Shown one piece after another: positions 63,170 through 64,000 of a DNA stretch of 64,000 nucleotides; position 1 is the first letter of the stretch; the number at the start of each line of letters is the position of its first letter. Where the stretch lies: NCBI RefSeq assembly GCF_001194135.2, contig NC_068981.1:22662462-22726461 (forward strand), given 5' to 3'. This DNA is from Octopus bimaculoides (lineage: Eukaryota). Position numbers and translations under genes: made by a program. Below the pieces are notes generated by a model. That model worked only from the letters and a program-made list of their open reading frames with translations, ran no database searches and was not told the origin of the DNA.

Positions 63170-63330
63170 TAATTACCATGGGAAAGGTATTCAGAAGCTA
63201 GACGTCAAAGTATCTGGAAAATGATGAGACAGGAGGCAGATATTTTGAGATCAAAAACAAGAGAGGCTCTCCCACTGGGGAAGATAAAAACATTTTGTAA
63301 AGATGAAAAAACATTTCCAAATTAGTTTTC
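63170..63330 (+). mobile_element. Possible Tx1/L1-clade LINE relic (endonuclease-RT linker)
   Basis: YSEARRQSIWKMMRQEADILRSKTREALPLGKIKTFCKDEK loosely fits the IRSR...GEK..FF..EK linker pattern. Recalled pattern only. Confidence 0.35.
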
Positions 63331-63559
63331 CAATGACTGAAACAGATTAAGGGACAGATAAGGAGCCCTCTTTATTTTTACTTACCATTTACCAGTTTCT
63401 ATTTATTTTCTATTTCTTGTATTTTTTTGTTTGTTTACCATTTCTAGTATTTTTTCTTTCCGTTTTCTAATATTTTGTTTAGATAATCTTTAACTTAATC
63501 AACTAACGATCATTTCAAATTTTGTATTCAATTAACAATCGTTTCAAACTTGTATTTGA

Positions 63560-63950
63560 GCTGTTATCTTTCACACATTTCTGTCATTGGACCGTAGCTC
63601 TATTGGAGCACTACTTTGAAGAGTTTAGTCTAACAAATCAACTGCAGTACTTATCTTAAAGTCAGATGCTTAATCTGTCTCTTTTGCCAAACCACAATGT
63701 TATGGGGGATGTAAACAAACCGGCAACATTTGTCAAGTAGGATGATGTACAAAGACACACATTCATGCTCGCTTGTACACACACAAGCTCACAGGCTTCC
63801 ACACAGTTTCAGTCTACCAAATTCATCCACAAGACAGTGGTTGACCCAGGGCTATAGTAGAAGACACTTGAACAAGATGCTGTGCAGTGGGACTGAATCC
63901 AAAATAATGTTGTTGCAAAGCAAGTTTCATACCCACATGGCCATATCTGC
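63560..63950 (-). mobile_element. Old diverged family A SINE
   Basis: Tail, body, core and head recognisable in reverse orientation. Confidence 0.75.
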
Positions 63951-64000
63951 AGCTGATGCAAATTTTCTTCTTTTGAAATCAACTGTTTTAATTGCTGTAA

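Overview
AT-rich, microsatellite-dense eukaryotic (metazoan) genomic DNA with five assembly gaps. The SINE families seen here resemble those described from Octopus, so the source is probably a cephalopod (inference). No host protein-coding exon can be identified with confidence. Most ORF-track entries come from microsatellites, N-gaps or SINEs. The window is a mosaic of transposable elements: several tRNA-derived or RTE-related SINE families; an internally deleted D34D mariner with intact TIRs; Tc1-, Tigger-, hAT-, piggyBac- and Merlin-type MITEs defined by TIRs and TSDs; a solo LTR; a Helentron-type HINE; and relics of Helitron, RTE, R4/Dong-like and probably Tx1/L1 elements. The most notable signals are minimal type I hammerhead-ribozyme motifs with palindromic stem III: one intact at 25059-25104 inside a 91-bp inverted-repeat Penelope-like structure, one with a single CpG-type mutation at 12192-12226, and one degenerate near 7461-7512. 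Also notable are a tRNA-like fold-back element near 6.9 kb and a roughly 6-kb CpG-retaining domain (about 45.5-51.6 kb) that may mark an unmethylated promoter region next to weak candidate exons. All coordinates were counted by hand and element edges may be off by a few bases.
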